64,000 nt of DNA, from positions 1 through 64,000 of the forward strand of contig JBBRSB010000017.1 of NCBI GenBank assembly GCA_038245785.1. Reading direction: 5' to 3'. Position numbers and translations under genes: made by a program. The notes beneath the pieces were generated by a model. That model saw nothing but the letters and a program-made list of their open reading frames with translations. It was not told the DNA's origin and made no database searches. This DNA is from Gloeobacterales cyanobacterium (GTDB taxonomy: Bacteria; Cyanobacteriota; Cyanobacteriia; Gloeobacterales; PMM-0068). Below are positions 6,710 to 15,756 of the stretch, in pieces; position 1 is the first letter of the stretch, and every line of letters starts with the position of its first letter.

Positions 6710-9241
6710 TCAGACGGTACTAAGTTGCCTTTGGTACAAAGCCCAATACACTCCTTTTTGTTCAAGAAGTTGATCGTGTTTACCCTGTTCCACAATCACA
6801 CCTTTCTCCATAACTAAAATCAAGTCTGCTCGTTTCAAGGGTGCAAATCGATGAGCAACCATAAAGACAGTACGGCCCCCTGAAACCTCCTGTAAATTCT
6901 GCAGTACCTTTTGCTCTGTTTCGCTATCCAAGCCGCTAGTAGCTTCATCCAAGATTAGGATTGGAGCTTTAGAAAGGAATAGCCGACATAAAGCAATCCG
7001 TTGTCGCTGACCTCCCGATAGACCCACGCCCCGCTCACCAATGTGGGTCTGATAGCCTTGGGTCATCTCCGTGATAAATTCATGGGCTGCTGCTAGTTTT
7101 GCTGCCGTAATAATTTGTTCATCACTAATATCTGGGTCATTCATAGTGATGTTTTCAGCAATCGAACCGTTAAACATGAAATCATCTTGCAGAACGACGC
7201 CAATTTGTTTGCGTAGAGAAACAATATCAGCCGTTTTAATGTCAAAGCTATCAATTTGAATAGAGCCTGATTCGGCCTGGTAAAGTCGTTGTAAAAGCTT
7301 AGAAAGAGTACTTTTACCTGAGCCGCTACGTCCTACAATTCCAACAAACATTCCTGGCTGGGCAGTAAAGGATATGCCTTTAAGAATTGCTTCTTGTCCA
7401 GGTTGATAACGGAACACTATTCGATCGAAACTGACTTGACCCTTAATCTTCGGTAGATTCATCCCAGCCCCGGCTTCTGCTTCTGGAGTCGCATTGAGAA
7501 TATCTCCCAGACGGTCTACGGAAAGCAGGACTTGCTGAAATTCTTGCCAAAGTTGCACAAGACGCAAAAGCGGGTCCGTCACCTTTCCTGAGAGCATTTG
7601 AAAAGCAACTAAGGCTCCGATGGTCAGCTTTTGGTCGATGACCTGTTGGGCTCCGAAATAGAGAATGATTAAAGAAGAGAACTTCGTTAGAAAGTCACCA
7701 AGACTACTACCAGCATTTGAGGTCGTAGAAGACTTGAAGCTGGTTCGAACATAACGAGCAAATAGACCTTCCCAACGCTTGCGGGACTTGAGCTCTGCTG
7801 CATGGGCTTTAATCGTATGTATTCCTGTTACTGTCTCTACCAGAAAAGATTGACTATCTGCACCACGGTCAAAGGTCTCATTCAGCCAGTTGCGCAGAAT
7901 AGGCGTTAAAAAGAGCGTCAGTGCTGCAAAAAATGGAAGCACTGCCAGCGCGACCCAAGTGAGGGTAGCACTATAGGAGAACATGACGGCCAGATACACT
8001 ACAGAGAATAGACTATCGAGCAAGACTGTTAAAGCAGTGCCCGTTAGGAATTGACGAATATTTTCTAGCTCTCGAGTTCTAGCAACCGTATCGCCTACCC
8101 GACGTGATTCAAAATAATTCAAAGGTAAACGCATCAGATGGCGGAACATCTGTGCTGATAGTCCTAGGTCTAAACGATTGGCCGTATGGGTGAAAATAAA
8201 GAGCCGTAGGAAACCAAAACTGGCTTCAAAGATGGCAACGCCAAGCAGTGCAAATGCCATTACATCCAGCGTGCCACGATTGCCATAGACAATTGCTCGG
8301 TCAATAACAAACTGTGTGATCACCGGCGTTGCTAAACCCAGAAGCTGCAGGGCTAAAGAAACCAACAGTACTTCTGAAAGCAATCCTCGATAACGCAAAA
8401 TCGCAGGGACAAACCAACTGAGGTTGAATTTTTCTTGCTTTTGAAGCAGTTCTACTTGCCAAAGTTGTCCATCCCAGTCCTTTTCAACCATAGGTTGAGA
8501 GATGCTTTCACACGTTTGATTGAGGTTTAGGGGATTGCCAATAAGCATGCGATTCCCTTGCACACCATAGACCACAACCCAATCCTGTCGTCTCCAGTTC
8601 AACTGCAACAAAGCCGGAAAAGATAACTGCTGCAAATCATCCCAACGAACTACTAACTGTTGAAGCTGGAGCCCAATTTTCTCCCCAGCTTCGATCACAT
8701 CATTAGGCTCAGCAGAACGCAGTTGACGTTGCACTAGCTCTAAGGGCACAGGATTTTGCAGCTGTTGCGCTGCCATTGCTAAGCACGCAGCCGCCGTATT
8801 GGGGCTGAAGACAAATGGATAACCTGGCACAGGCTGAGGAATATCCATATCTTGAGGTTGATAGCGCAACCGCAGTTCATTCCAGAAACGGACCAGTTCT
8901 GGTGATGAAACCCTAGACCAGAGGGCTGCATCCCAACGTAAAACCACTACTTCCTTACTAGAGGCCACCGCTTGAAATTGCCCAGAAAGTTTTAGTGCGT
9001 CTCCAAACCAATCTCCTCCTGCCAAAGTAGCGAGAGATCTAACTTTGCTCTTTTCTTTTAGACGGACTTGACCGGAAACAAGGAGAAATTGCCCTCTTGA
9101 ACTATCACTATCCGTGGACCAAACCACTTGACCAAGGCCATACCGCTGGAGTTCTACTCGATTCTTAAACTGGATTTTCTGTTCATTATTCAATGAACGA
9201 AATGGTAACTTTTCCCACTGTATATATGTTTGTAAGTTCAT
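6710..9241 (-). CDS. Type I secretion ABC transporter (HlyB-like) with N-terminal cNMP-binding-like and C39 peptidase-like domains
   Basis: Walker A GRSGSGKST, signature LSGGQRQRIA, Walker B LILDEATSGLD, AHR; TM domain with YFESRRVGD; N-terminal GDWFG (cNMP-like) and AACLAM (C39-like). Confidence 0.93.
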   Translation of the reverse strand: MNLQTYIQWEKLPFRSLNNEQKIQFKNRVELQRYGLGQVVWSTDSDSSRGQFLLVSGQVRLKEKSKVRSLATLAGGDWFGDALKLSGQFQAVASSKEVVVLRWDAALWSRVSSPELVRFWNELRLRYQPQDMDIPQPVPGYPFVFSPNTAAACLAMAAQQLQNPVPLELVQRQLRSAEPNDVIEAGEKIGLQLQQLVVRWDDLQQLSFPALLQLNWRRQDWVVVYGVQGNRMLIGNPLNLNQTCESISQPMVEKDWDGQLWQVELLQKQEKFNLSWFVPAILRYRGLLSEVLLVSLALQLLGLATPVITQFVIDRAIVYGNRGTLDVMAFALLGVAIFEASFGFLRLFIFTHTANRLDLGLSAQMFRHLMRLPLNYFESRRVGDTVARTRELENIRQFLTGTALTVLLDSLFSVVYLAVMFSYSATLTWVALAVLPFFAALTLFLTPILRNWLNETFDRGADSQSFLVETVTGIHTIKAHAAELKSRKRWEGLFARYVRTSFKSSTTSNAGSSLGDFLTKFSSLIILYFGAQQVIDQKLTIGALVAFQMLSGKVTDPLLRLVQLWQEFQQVLLSVDRLGDILNATPEAEAGAGMNLPKIKGQVSFDRIVFRYQPGQEAILKGISFTAQPGMFVGIVGRSGSGKSTLSKLLQRLYQAESGSIQIDSFDIKTADIVSLRKQIGVVLQDDFMFNGSIAENITMNDPDISDEQIITAAKLAAAHEFITEMTQGYQTHIGERGVGLSGGQRQRIALCRLFLSKAPILILDEATSGLDSETEQKVLQNLQEVSGGRTVFMVAHRFAPLKRADLILVMEKGVIVEQGKHDQLLEQKGVYWALYQRQLSTV

Positions 9242-9253
9242 AAAGGCTACCTA

Positions 9254-10045
9254 CTAGAAATCTACCTTTAGTTGGACATCTGCTTTTTGTATTTTCTCCT
9301 CCAACCATTGTTCAAAAAGCTCGTCTTCTAGTACTTGCTTTAAGGACTCATCTAATGAAGCTGGCAGCAATTTTTCTACACGAAACAAATACCAAAGCTC
9401 CTCAATTTCTAGAGGTCCAATCAGTTCTCCAGATTCAGCGGAATCGATAGCCATTCTCAGCTCATCTGGCATCGCACCTCTACTGATAGCTCCCATCATT
9501 CCGTTAAGCGTACTATCCTCAGCAATAGAGTGTTCTTGAACTAAAAGCTCAAATCTAATGCCATCTTCCAGTATTTGACTTTTCAACTCCTCTGCTAATG
9601 TTTGTTCTTCTATAACTAAACGTGATAATACGACTCGGTCTAGATACAGCTTGCGCTTGATGAAATATTCTTGCAAATTCGGCTTGGTAATCTTAGCTTT
9701 AAGTTTTTTAAGCTTTAAATTAAAGATAACTCGTTCACGGAAAGTAGCGTAGTTTATTCTTTCATCGGCAAGCCACTCTTGAAAGCTTTCTAGACTAGTG
9801 AGTTGACGCTCTAGCCGGAAATCAATGACGGCCTGCTCAATCAAATCAGAACCAACATCCAGCTCCTCTGAAGCCTGCAATTGCTGTTCTATGACATGCT
9901 GGCGCATGATTTCCCAAAGCACAGAATTGAGTCTTCCATTAGCTTCTAAATATCTCAAGGCCTGCCCAAGCGATATGGACTGGTTATCGGCTGTTAAAAA
10001 TGGACTCGCAGGTTCTGTCATAAAAAATGTTTTGCGTGATTGCAA
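9254..10045 (-). CDS. PpiC/parvulin-type peptidyl-prolyl isomerase associated with T1SS ABC transporters (start probably ATG 10021)
   Basis: F..L..EHSI.EDS..NG.MG......P.EL......GELIGP rotamase pattern; 12 bp upstream of the ABC gene. Confidence 0.85.
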   Translation of the reverse strand: MQSRKTFFMTEPASPFLTADNQSISLGQALRYLEANGRLNSVLWEIMRQHVIEQQLQASEELDVGSDLIEQAVIDFRLERQLTSLESFQEWLADERINYATFRERVIFNLKLKKLKAKITKPNLQEYFIKRKLYLDRVVLSRLVIEEQTLAEELKSQILEDGIRFELLVQEHSIAEDSTLNGMMGAISRGAMPDELRMAIDSAESGELIGPLEIEELWYLFRVEKLLPASLDESLKQVLEDELFEQWLEEKIQKADVQLKVDF

Positions 10046-10364
10046 GAAATTCAGTTTAGTTTTTAACTAACTTGAGGTGTGAGAAGTTCAAGCAGGATAC
10101 TTCATGAACTAGGAATGCGTCAAACCTAGTTAGGACATTCGGAGTTCAGTCCATCATGTGTGTATAAATTGAAACATTTAGTTCCAGTTTGTAAAGTTGA
10201 ATTGCTATGGCTAGCTAATGCTTTTACTGAGAAATCAATCCTTATATTCATTCGCTTGCATAAACTCTATAGGATGGAAAACTACATCTTCAAGACTAAT
10301 ATTTTGAATATTCGAATAAATCAGCTTAAGTCCGTTAAAATCAGCTCTGACTCACTGGAGCTTC

Positions 10365-11120
10365 TTGGTGACCGCCTTAGACCCCAAATTCTTTCAAAAT
10401 ACACAGCTAATCTGCACCGATATGGACGGGACACTCACCGTATCTGGTCAATTTACGCCTAAGTTGCTCTTCACCTTCAATCGACTGCAAAGTAATCAGA
10501 TTGCCGTCGTTATTGCTACAGGGCGTTCAGCGGGATGGTGTTCGGGCTTAGCCCTCTATCTTCCGGGCATTCATGGGGTGATTGCAGAGAATGGGGGGCT
10601 ATTTTATAAAGCGCAGCAAGAAACAGCTCCTAATTTTTTCCACGCATGGGACTCGCGCCAAGCCATGGAAACCGCGTTTCAAGACCTACAGAAAAACTTT
10701 CCCGATTTAAAGCCCAGTGTCGATAATAGTTTTCGTTATACAGACTGGACTTTTGACAAAGGCAACCTCTCCATCGCAGAACTTTCCCAGATGAAAAGAC
10801 AGGTGCAGGACCATGGTCTGGACTTGATTTATAGTTCGGTGCAGGTCCATATCAAAGCGCCTGAACAAAGCAAAGGCCATGCGCTCCAACAAGTACTTAT
10901 CCAAGAATTTCCTGAGCTCACATTGGACCAAGTGGTTACCGTTGGCGACAGTCCCAATGACCAAAGCCTATTTGCAGAGCCCTTTCCTCATAGTGTCGCC
11001 GTTGCCAACATCCATGAATACTGGGACCAACTAGATTTCCACCCAAAATATTTAGCGACCCAGCAGGAAGGGCATGGATTCATCGAACTTGCAGAGTGCA
11101 TCCTCAAAGCAAAGCTCTAA
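10365..11120 (+). CDS. HAD-superfamily hydrolase, subfamily IIB
   Basis: DMDGTLT, ATGRS, IAENGG, SKG, VGDSPND motifs. Confidence 0.9.
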   Translation: MVTALDPKFFQNTQLICTDMDGTLTVSGQFTPKLLFTFNRLQSNQIAVVIATGRSAGWCSGLALYLPGIHGVIAENGGLFYKAQQETAPNFFHAWDSRQAMETAFQDLQKNFPDLKPSVDNSFRYTDWTFDKGNLSIAELSQMKRQVQDHGLDLIYSSVQVHIKAPEQSKGHALQQVLIQEFPELTLDQVVTVGDSPNDQSLFAEPFPHSVAVANIHEYWDQLDFHPKYLATQQEGHGFIELAECILKAKL

Positions 11121-11122
11121 GA

Positions 11123-11521
11123 CTAAGGTAGCTCTAAAGACTCAGGTTGGAGGGATAAAGAAACCTCTGTTGCCATACCAGCCAACGCCGTGGCACTGCT
11201 AGGCGTTGCAAAGGCTACGTGTAACCAAACGGGCACCGCCACCATAGACACGAAGGCTAAAGCGCCTAAGCCACTCCGTAATGCCTGTAGATAGTTTTGT
11301 CGCTGTGCTTGCTGAACAATACCATCCACGGTGAGCGCCAAGCTTGGGGTGCCTTGATCCACCAGATGGTCAAAACCTTGGCTGATTGCTGCTAACTGCC
11401 GATATAGATCCCTGGCCTTCGGGTCTTGGCGCAAGTGTTCCTCTAGGGCCTCTTTTTCCGCAGGAGATAAAGCACCATCAAGATAGGCGCTAATTTGCTC
11501 AAAGAGTGGGGTTTCCGACAT
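11123..11521 (-). CDS. Transmembrane anti-sigma factor
   Basis: FEQISAYLDG.LS..E...LE..L..DP motif, one TM helix, directly downstream of ECF sigma. Confidence 0.85.
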   Translation of the reverse strand: MSETPLFEQISAYLDGALSPAEKEALEEHLRQDPKARDLYRQLAAISQGFDHLVDQGTPSLALTVDGIVQQAQRQNYLQALRSGLGALAFVSMVAVPVWLHVAFATPSSATALAGMATEVSLSLQPESLELP

Positions 11522-11608
11522 AGCAGCTCAGAAGATATCGGTTCAGTAGTTATCCCAAGCCATGATTCAGCTTCTGGCCCAGAACCGATGAGAGGACACA
11601 GGAATCAA

Positions 11609-12262
11609 TCAGCTAAGGAAAGGAGCAAGGTGGTCTTGGAGACGACGACGAGCACGGGCAATACGTGACTTGACGGTGCCGACAGAAATTTGTTGCATCT
11701 GCGCAATTTCTTCATAGGCCAGACCTTCAATTTCCCTGAGCACTATAGTACTGCGGAAAACCTCAGGCAAGTCACGAATACCTTCTTGTAGATGTTCGTA
11801 AAACTCCTGGGTAGCCAGTGTATCGGCTGGACCAGGCTCATGACCTTCTAAATCCCAATCCAAGGTTCCATCGGCCGTGTTGAGGGGAGCATCCAAAGAG
11901 AGCGGCTTTTGGTGGCGGCGACGGCGACGCAGCTCGTCATAGAAAAGGTTCGTCGTAATCCGGCTTAACCAGCTGCGGAACTTGGCTGGCTCTTGCAGAC
12001 GGTGGACGTAGCGATAAACCCGGATCCAAACTTCTTGGGCCAAATCCAGACGGTCTTGCCAATCTGGGGCCAGATGATGCAATAGACGATCCACATGGGA
12101 CTGGTGACGGCGCAAGAGTTCACCAAAGGCTAGACGGTCGGGCTGAAATCCCTGTTGGCACCGCGTTACTAGCTCTTGAATACTCAACTGGTCTAGGGGA
12201 GTGGTCGCAGTCTCGTAGTTTTTTGATTCAACCCATGTATTTAAAGGTAGGCTGTAGGACAT
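11609..12262 (-). CDS. sigG: ECF RNA polymerase sigma factor (SigG type)
   Basis: HLAPDWQDR.DLAQEVWIRVYR, WLSRITTNLFYDELR, LREIEGLAYEEIA, GTVKSRIARAR. Confidence 0.88.
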   Translation of the reverse strand: MSYSLPLNTWVESKNYETATTPLDQLSIQELVTRCQQGFQPDRLAFGELLRRHQSHVDRLLHHLAPDWQDRLDLAQEVWIRVYRYVHRLQEPAKFRSWLSRITTNLFYDELRRRRRHQKPLSLDAPLNTADGTLDWDLEGHEPGPADTLATQEFYEHLQEGIRDLPEVFRSTIVLREIEGLAYEEIAQMQQISVGTVKSRIARARRRLQDHLAPFLS

Positions 12263-12466
12263 AAGTTATTCCCTTCAGGGGACTCTACTTGCCCCCACTA
12301 AACAGCAGTACTTAAGGCATCGTAACGTGCCATCAGAGAGATTATATGCACAGAAAACAAGTTTGCGCTTTCGCGTAGTTCGTATTAGCAACCACCGCAA
12401 TTTTTTGCTTAAGAAACGATAGAAAAAGCATTAATTTATACATTTTTTTATGAGAAAAGTGTCACG

Positions 12467-14338
12467 TTGTTTGTTAAAACAATAGACACCACACCCTGTT
12501 CCGTCTGTAAGGAAAGAGCTTCCCCCGTGATATCTAAAGAAATAAATGCTAGCGCTCGGCAGGCTATTGAAGAGCGGAGTAAGCGCAATAATCTGCGTCG
12601 GACCAAAATTGTGGCAACAGTAGGGCCTGCTACGGATGATCCGAAGGTGCTCAAAGAACTGATTCAAGCCGGAGCCACTACCCTCCGCCTCAATTTTTCT
12701 CATGGCGTTCATGAGGAACACCGCAAGCGTATCAGCCGGATCAGGCAGATTTCTTTTGAACTCAATCAGCCTGTAGCCATTTTGCAAGACCTGCAGGGAC
12801 CGAAAATTCGCTTAGGCAAGTTCAATACGCCCATAGACCTGAAAGTGGGTGACCCCTATATTTTGACCAGTCGAGAAGTGGAGTGTGGGCCGGAAGTCGG
12901 CTGGATTTCCTACGATCGTCTGGCCGAAGAAGTTCCGGTCGGTTCTGCGATTCTGCTGGACGACGGCAAGGTGGAGATGCGCGTAGAGTCGATAGACCTT
13001 GTGCATAAAAATCTGCATTGCGTAACCGTCTGCCCTGGCAAGCTTTCAAGCAATAAAGGGGTTAATTTCCCCAATGTGTCGCTTTCGGTGCGGGCTCTGA
13101 CCGATAAAGACCGAGAAGATCTGATTTTTGGACTCAATCAAGGGGTGGATTGGGTAGCCCTGAGCTTTGTGCGGGAAGCCAGCGATGTCTATGAACTCAA
13201 GGAACTGATTGCCCAGCAGAAAAAACGGGTCCCTGTCATTGTCAAAATTGAAAAGTTCGAAGCGATCCAGAATATTGACAGCATCCTTGCTGCTGCTGAT
13301 GGTCTGATGGTCGCCCGTGGAGACTTAGGGGTCGAGATGCCCGCAGAAGAAGTTCCAATTTTGCAGAAGTTGCTGATTCGGATGGCGAACGGGGCGGGTA
13401 AGCCTGTGATTACCGCTACCCAGATGCTAGACAGCATGGTCAATAATCCAAGGCCGACGCGGGCAGAGGTTTCAGATGTAGCCAATGCCATCCTCGATGG
13501 GACCGATGCTGTCATGCTTTCCAATGAAACGGCTGTTGGTGCCTTCCCTGTCAATGCGGTGGAGACGATGGTTCGTATCGCTCTGCAAATTGAGCATAAA
13601 CTGCCTCAACGCAGTCAAGTCACGCCTGGTCACTCGATTACTGATGCCATTGCCAATGCCGTTGCTGGGGTCGCTGACCAGCTCAGTGCTGCAGCCATTG
13701 TCACCTTGACCAAGAGTGGAGCCACGGCCCGAAATGTAAGCAAGTTTAGACCCGCTAATTCTATTCTTGCTGTTACGCCGCTCACAGAAGTGGCCCGCCA
13801 ACTACAACTCGTTTGGGGAGTGCGACCCTTGCTCGTTCTAGATTTACCTTCCACCCGTCAAACCTTCCAGGCCGCTGTGTCCGTAGCCCTAGAAGAAGGT
13901 TTACTGCAGCAGGGCGATTTGGTCGTGATGACCGCAGGCACTCTAACGGGCATCTCTGGCTCCACAGACCTTCTGAAAGTGGAAATTGTCACTACGATGC
14001 TGGGTCAGGGTACGCCCGTGGGTCGAGGGACCGTGAGTGGGCGTTCCCGCGTCTTCAAGGCTGGTTCTACGGTGGATGATGTTGCCAAAGGAGACATTCT
14101 AGTGGTGTCTCAGACCAATGCTGACTATATCGCAGCGATGCAAAATGCAGGCGGCATCATTGTGGAAGAGGATGGGTTCACATCCCATGCTGCGGTGGTG
14201 GGACTTCGCCTAGGGGTTCCTGTACTGCTTGGGGTCAGAGGCTGTACCCAGATTATTGCCGATGGCATTGTCATTACCCTGGATTCTCAGAGAGGGGTCG
14301 TTTACTCCGGTAGCACAGGAAAGGCAGGAGATTTCTAG
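12467..14338 (+). CDS. pyk: Pyruvate kinase with C-terminal PEP-utilising swivel domain (start likely GTG 12527)
   Basis: RRTKIVATVGPA, RLNFSHG, DLQGPKIR, MVARGDLGVE, TATQMLDSM, TSHAAVVGL. Confidence 0.97.
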   Translation: MFVKTIDTTPCSVCKERASPVISKEINASARQAIEERSKRNNLRRTKIVATVGPATDDPKVLKELIQAGATTLRLNFSHGVHEEHRKRISRIRQISFELNQPVAILQDLQGPKIRLGKFNTPIDLKVGDPYILTSREVECGPEVGWISYDRLAEEVPVGSAILLDDGKVEMRVESIDLVHKNLHCVTVCPGKLSSNKGVNFPNVSLSVRALTDKDREDLIFGLNQGVDWVALSFVREASDVYELKELIAQQKKRVPVIVKIEKFEAIQNIDSILAAADGLMVARGDLGVEMPAEEVPILQKLLIRMANGAGKPVITATQMLDSMVNNPRPTRAEVSDVANAILDGTDAVMLSNETAVGAFPVNAVETMVRIALQIEHKLPQRSQVTPGHSITDAIANAVAGVADQLSAAAIVTLTKSGATARNVSKFRPANSILAVTPLTEVARQLQLVWGVRPLLVLDLPSTRQTFQAAVSVALEEGLLQQGDLVVMTAGTLTGISGSTDLLKVEIVTTMLGQGTPVGRGTVSGRSRVFKAGSTVDDVAKGDILVVSQTNADYIAAMQNAGGIIVEEDGFTSHAAVVGLRLGVPVLLGVRGCTQIIADGIVITLDSQRGVVYSGSTGKAGDF

Positions 14339-14413
14339 AGGTTGGCCTATTCTCTGCACTTTGGTTGACGAAGTTGCATTTAATTCTTAGAATTGATTTA
14401 GTCAACTAATTGC

Positions 14414-15091
14414 TTGTTTTCCAAGCTGATAGAGGCTCAGAAAATGACTACTCCAATTTTAGAGAAGGCGCTTCGTGAGGCTCCCATTTCTGTGGTGGAA
14501 GCAGTAACCCGTGTCCTTGAAGAATCTCATCGGCAACCGACTAAAGCTGCTTTCTTCGCCCGTAGTATCAATGCCCTAATGGAAGTCAGCGAGGGAACTT
14601 CTCTCGTGGATGTGATGGCTGCCCCCACAGACCCAGCGGTGTTGCTTGGAATTCTTGAACGTCCAGAGGTACTGAAGCAGCTTGCAGGGGTAGACCCCTT
14701 AATTCCAGCCCGCATTCGTGGAATCAGACTTAAGCAGGAACTCCTCAGTATGGAAGGAGGCGTTGTTTCCAGTGAACAAGTGGCAAAGCTCCTCAATCTC
14801 ACCCGTCAAGGGGTGGATAAGCGACGGGCCAGTGGCAAGCTAATTGGCATATCTATGGGTAGACGTGGTTACGCTTATCCCGTTTGGCAATTTCAGGATG
14901 GGCAGGTTCTGCCTGGGCTTGAGAATGTACTAAAAGCGATGAAAGAGCATGCCCCCTGGACTCAAGTGATGTTCATGCTCACAGGGGATCTCCGTCTCAA
15001 GGGGGAGACTCCTTTGGCACAGTTACGTCAGGGAGATATTGATTCTGTAGTGCAGGCAGCGCGGTGCTATGGCGAACAAGGCGCAGCCTGA
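14414..15091 (+). CDS. Antitoxin of a RES toxin-antitoxin pair (HTH + MbcA/Xre-like C-terminus); start likely ATG 14444
   Basis: SSEQVAKLLNLTRQGVDKRR HTH, YPVWQF, L.GETPL..L; overlaps the RES gene. Confidence 0.75.
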   Translation: MFSKLIEAQKMTTPILEKALREAPISVVEAVTRVLEESHRQPTKAAFFARSINALMEVSEGTSLVDVMAAPTDPAVLLGILERPEVLKQLAGVDPLIPARIRGIRLKQELLSMEGGVVSSEQVAKLLNLTRQGVDKRRASGKLIGISMGRRGYAYPVWQFQDGQVLPGLENVLKAMKEHAPWTQVMFMLTGDLRLKGETPLAQLRQGDIDSVVQAARCYGEQGAA

Positions 15092-15683
15092 CGAACCTTT
15101 GAATCCTCACCCAGAGCCACCAGAGAATCTGGCAGCGCAGGAACTGTCCATCAAGCAGTTGGACGGGCCGTGGTACCGCCTGCATTCGTCTTCGAGGCAA
15201 GCGTTGTACTTTGGATGTAGTGGAACCAATCGTTTCGATGCTCCTCAGCGGGAATATGGCATTCTCTACGTTGGAATAGATGAATATGGCCCGTTTATTG
15301 AGAGTTTTGGACGTGTGCATGGAAAGAGAGGAGTCGAACTCTCCTTGCTGAAAACTAAAAATCTTTCTCGAATTGAATCAGACAGAGCGCTCAACTTGGT
15401 GGATATGACAGGCAAGGGCTTGGTATTGCTGGGAGCCGATGCTCGGCTTGCTTCTGGAGACTACCGTGTAGCTCAACGGTGGGCACAAGCTTTATGGCAA
15501 CATCCCAGTCAACCGGACGGATTAATCTATCACTCGCGCCATGATGATGAACGGGTCTGCGGTGCCATCTTTGACCGAACTAGTAAGAATTTAAGTGAAC
15601 ATAACCTGGGCAGTCTTGCAGACCAACAAAATGCTCGATTACTAGCGGCACTGCTCGACCACTATGAGTTTGCCTTGCTATAG
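15069..15683 (+). CDS. RES-domain toxin (putative NAD+-consuming)
   Basis: WYRLH, NRFDAP..YGILY, IE.FGR, DGLIYHSRHD contain the R/E/S residues. Confidence 0.88.
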   Translation: MANKAQPDEPLNPHPEPPENLAAQELSIKQLDGPWYRLHSSSRQALYFGCSGTNRFDAPQREYGILYVGIDEYGPFIESFGRVHGKRGVELSLLKTKNLSRIESDRALNLVDMTGKGLVLLGADARLASGDYRVAQRWAQALWQHPSQPDGLIYHSRHDDERVCGAIFDRTSKNLSEHNLGSLADQQNARLLAALLDHYEFALL

Positions 15684-15756
15684 CTTGCCGTAGCTCTCTG
15701 ATACAATTAAGGTCATACGTTCACATCTCCGTGATGCGTAGCCTGTTCTCTAATCC

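Noticed and set aside
10160..10462. 100-aa ORF upstream of the HAD gene
   Set aside because: AT-rich promoter-like DNA, overlaps the HAD gene out of frame, no recognisable motif
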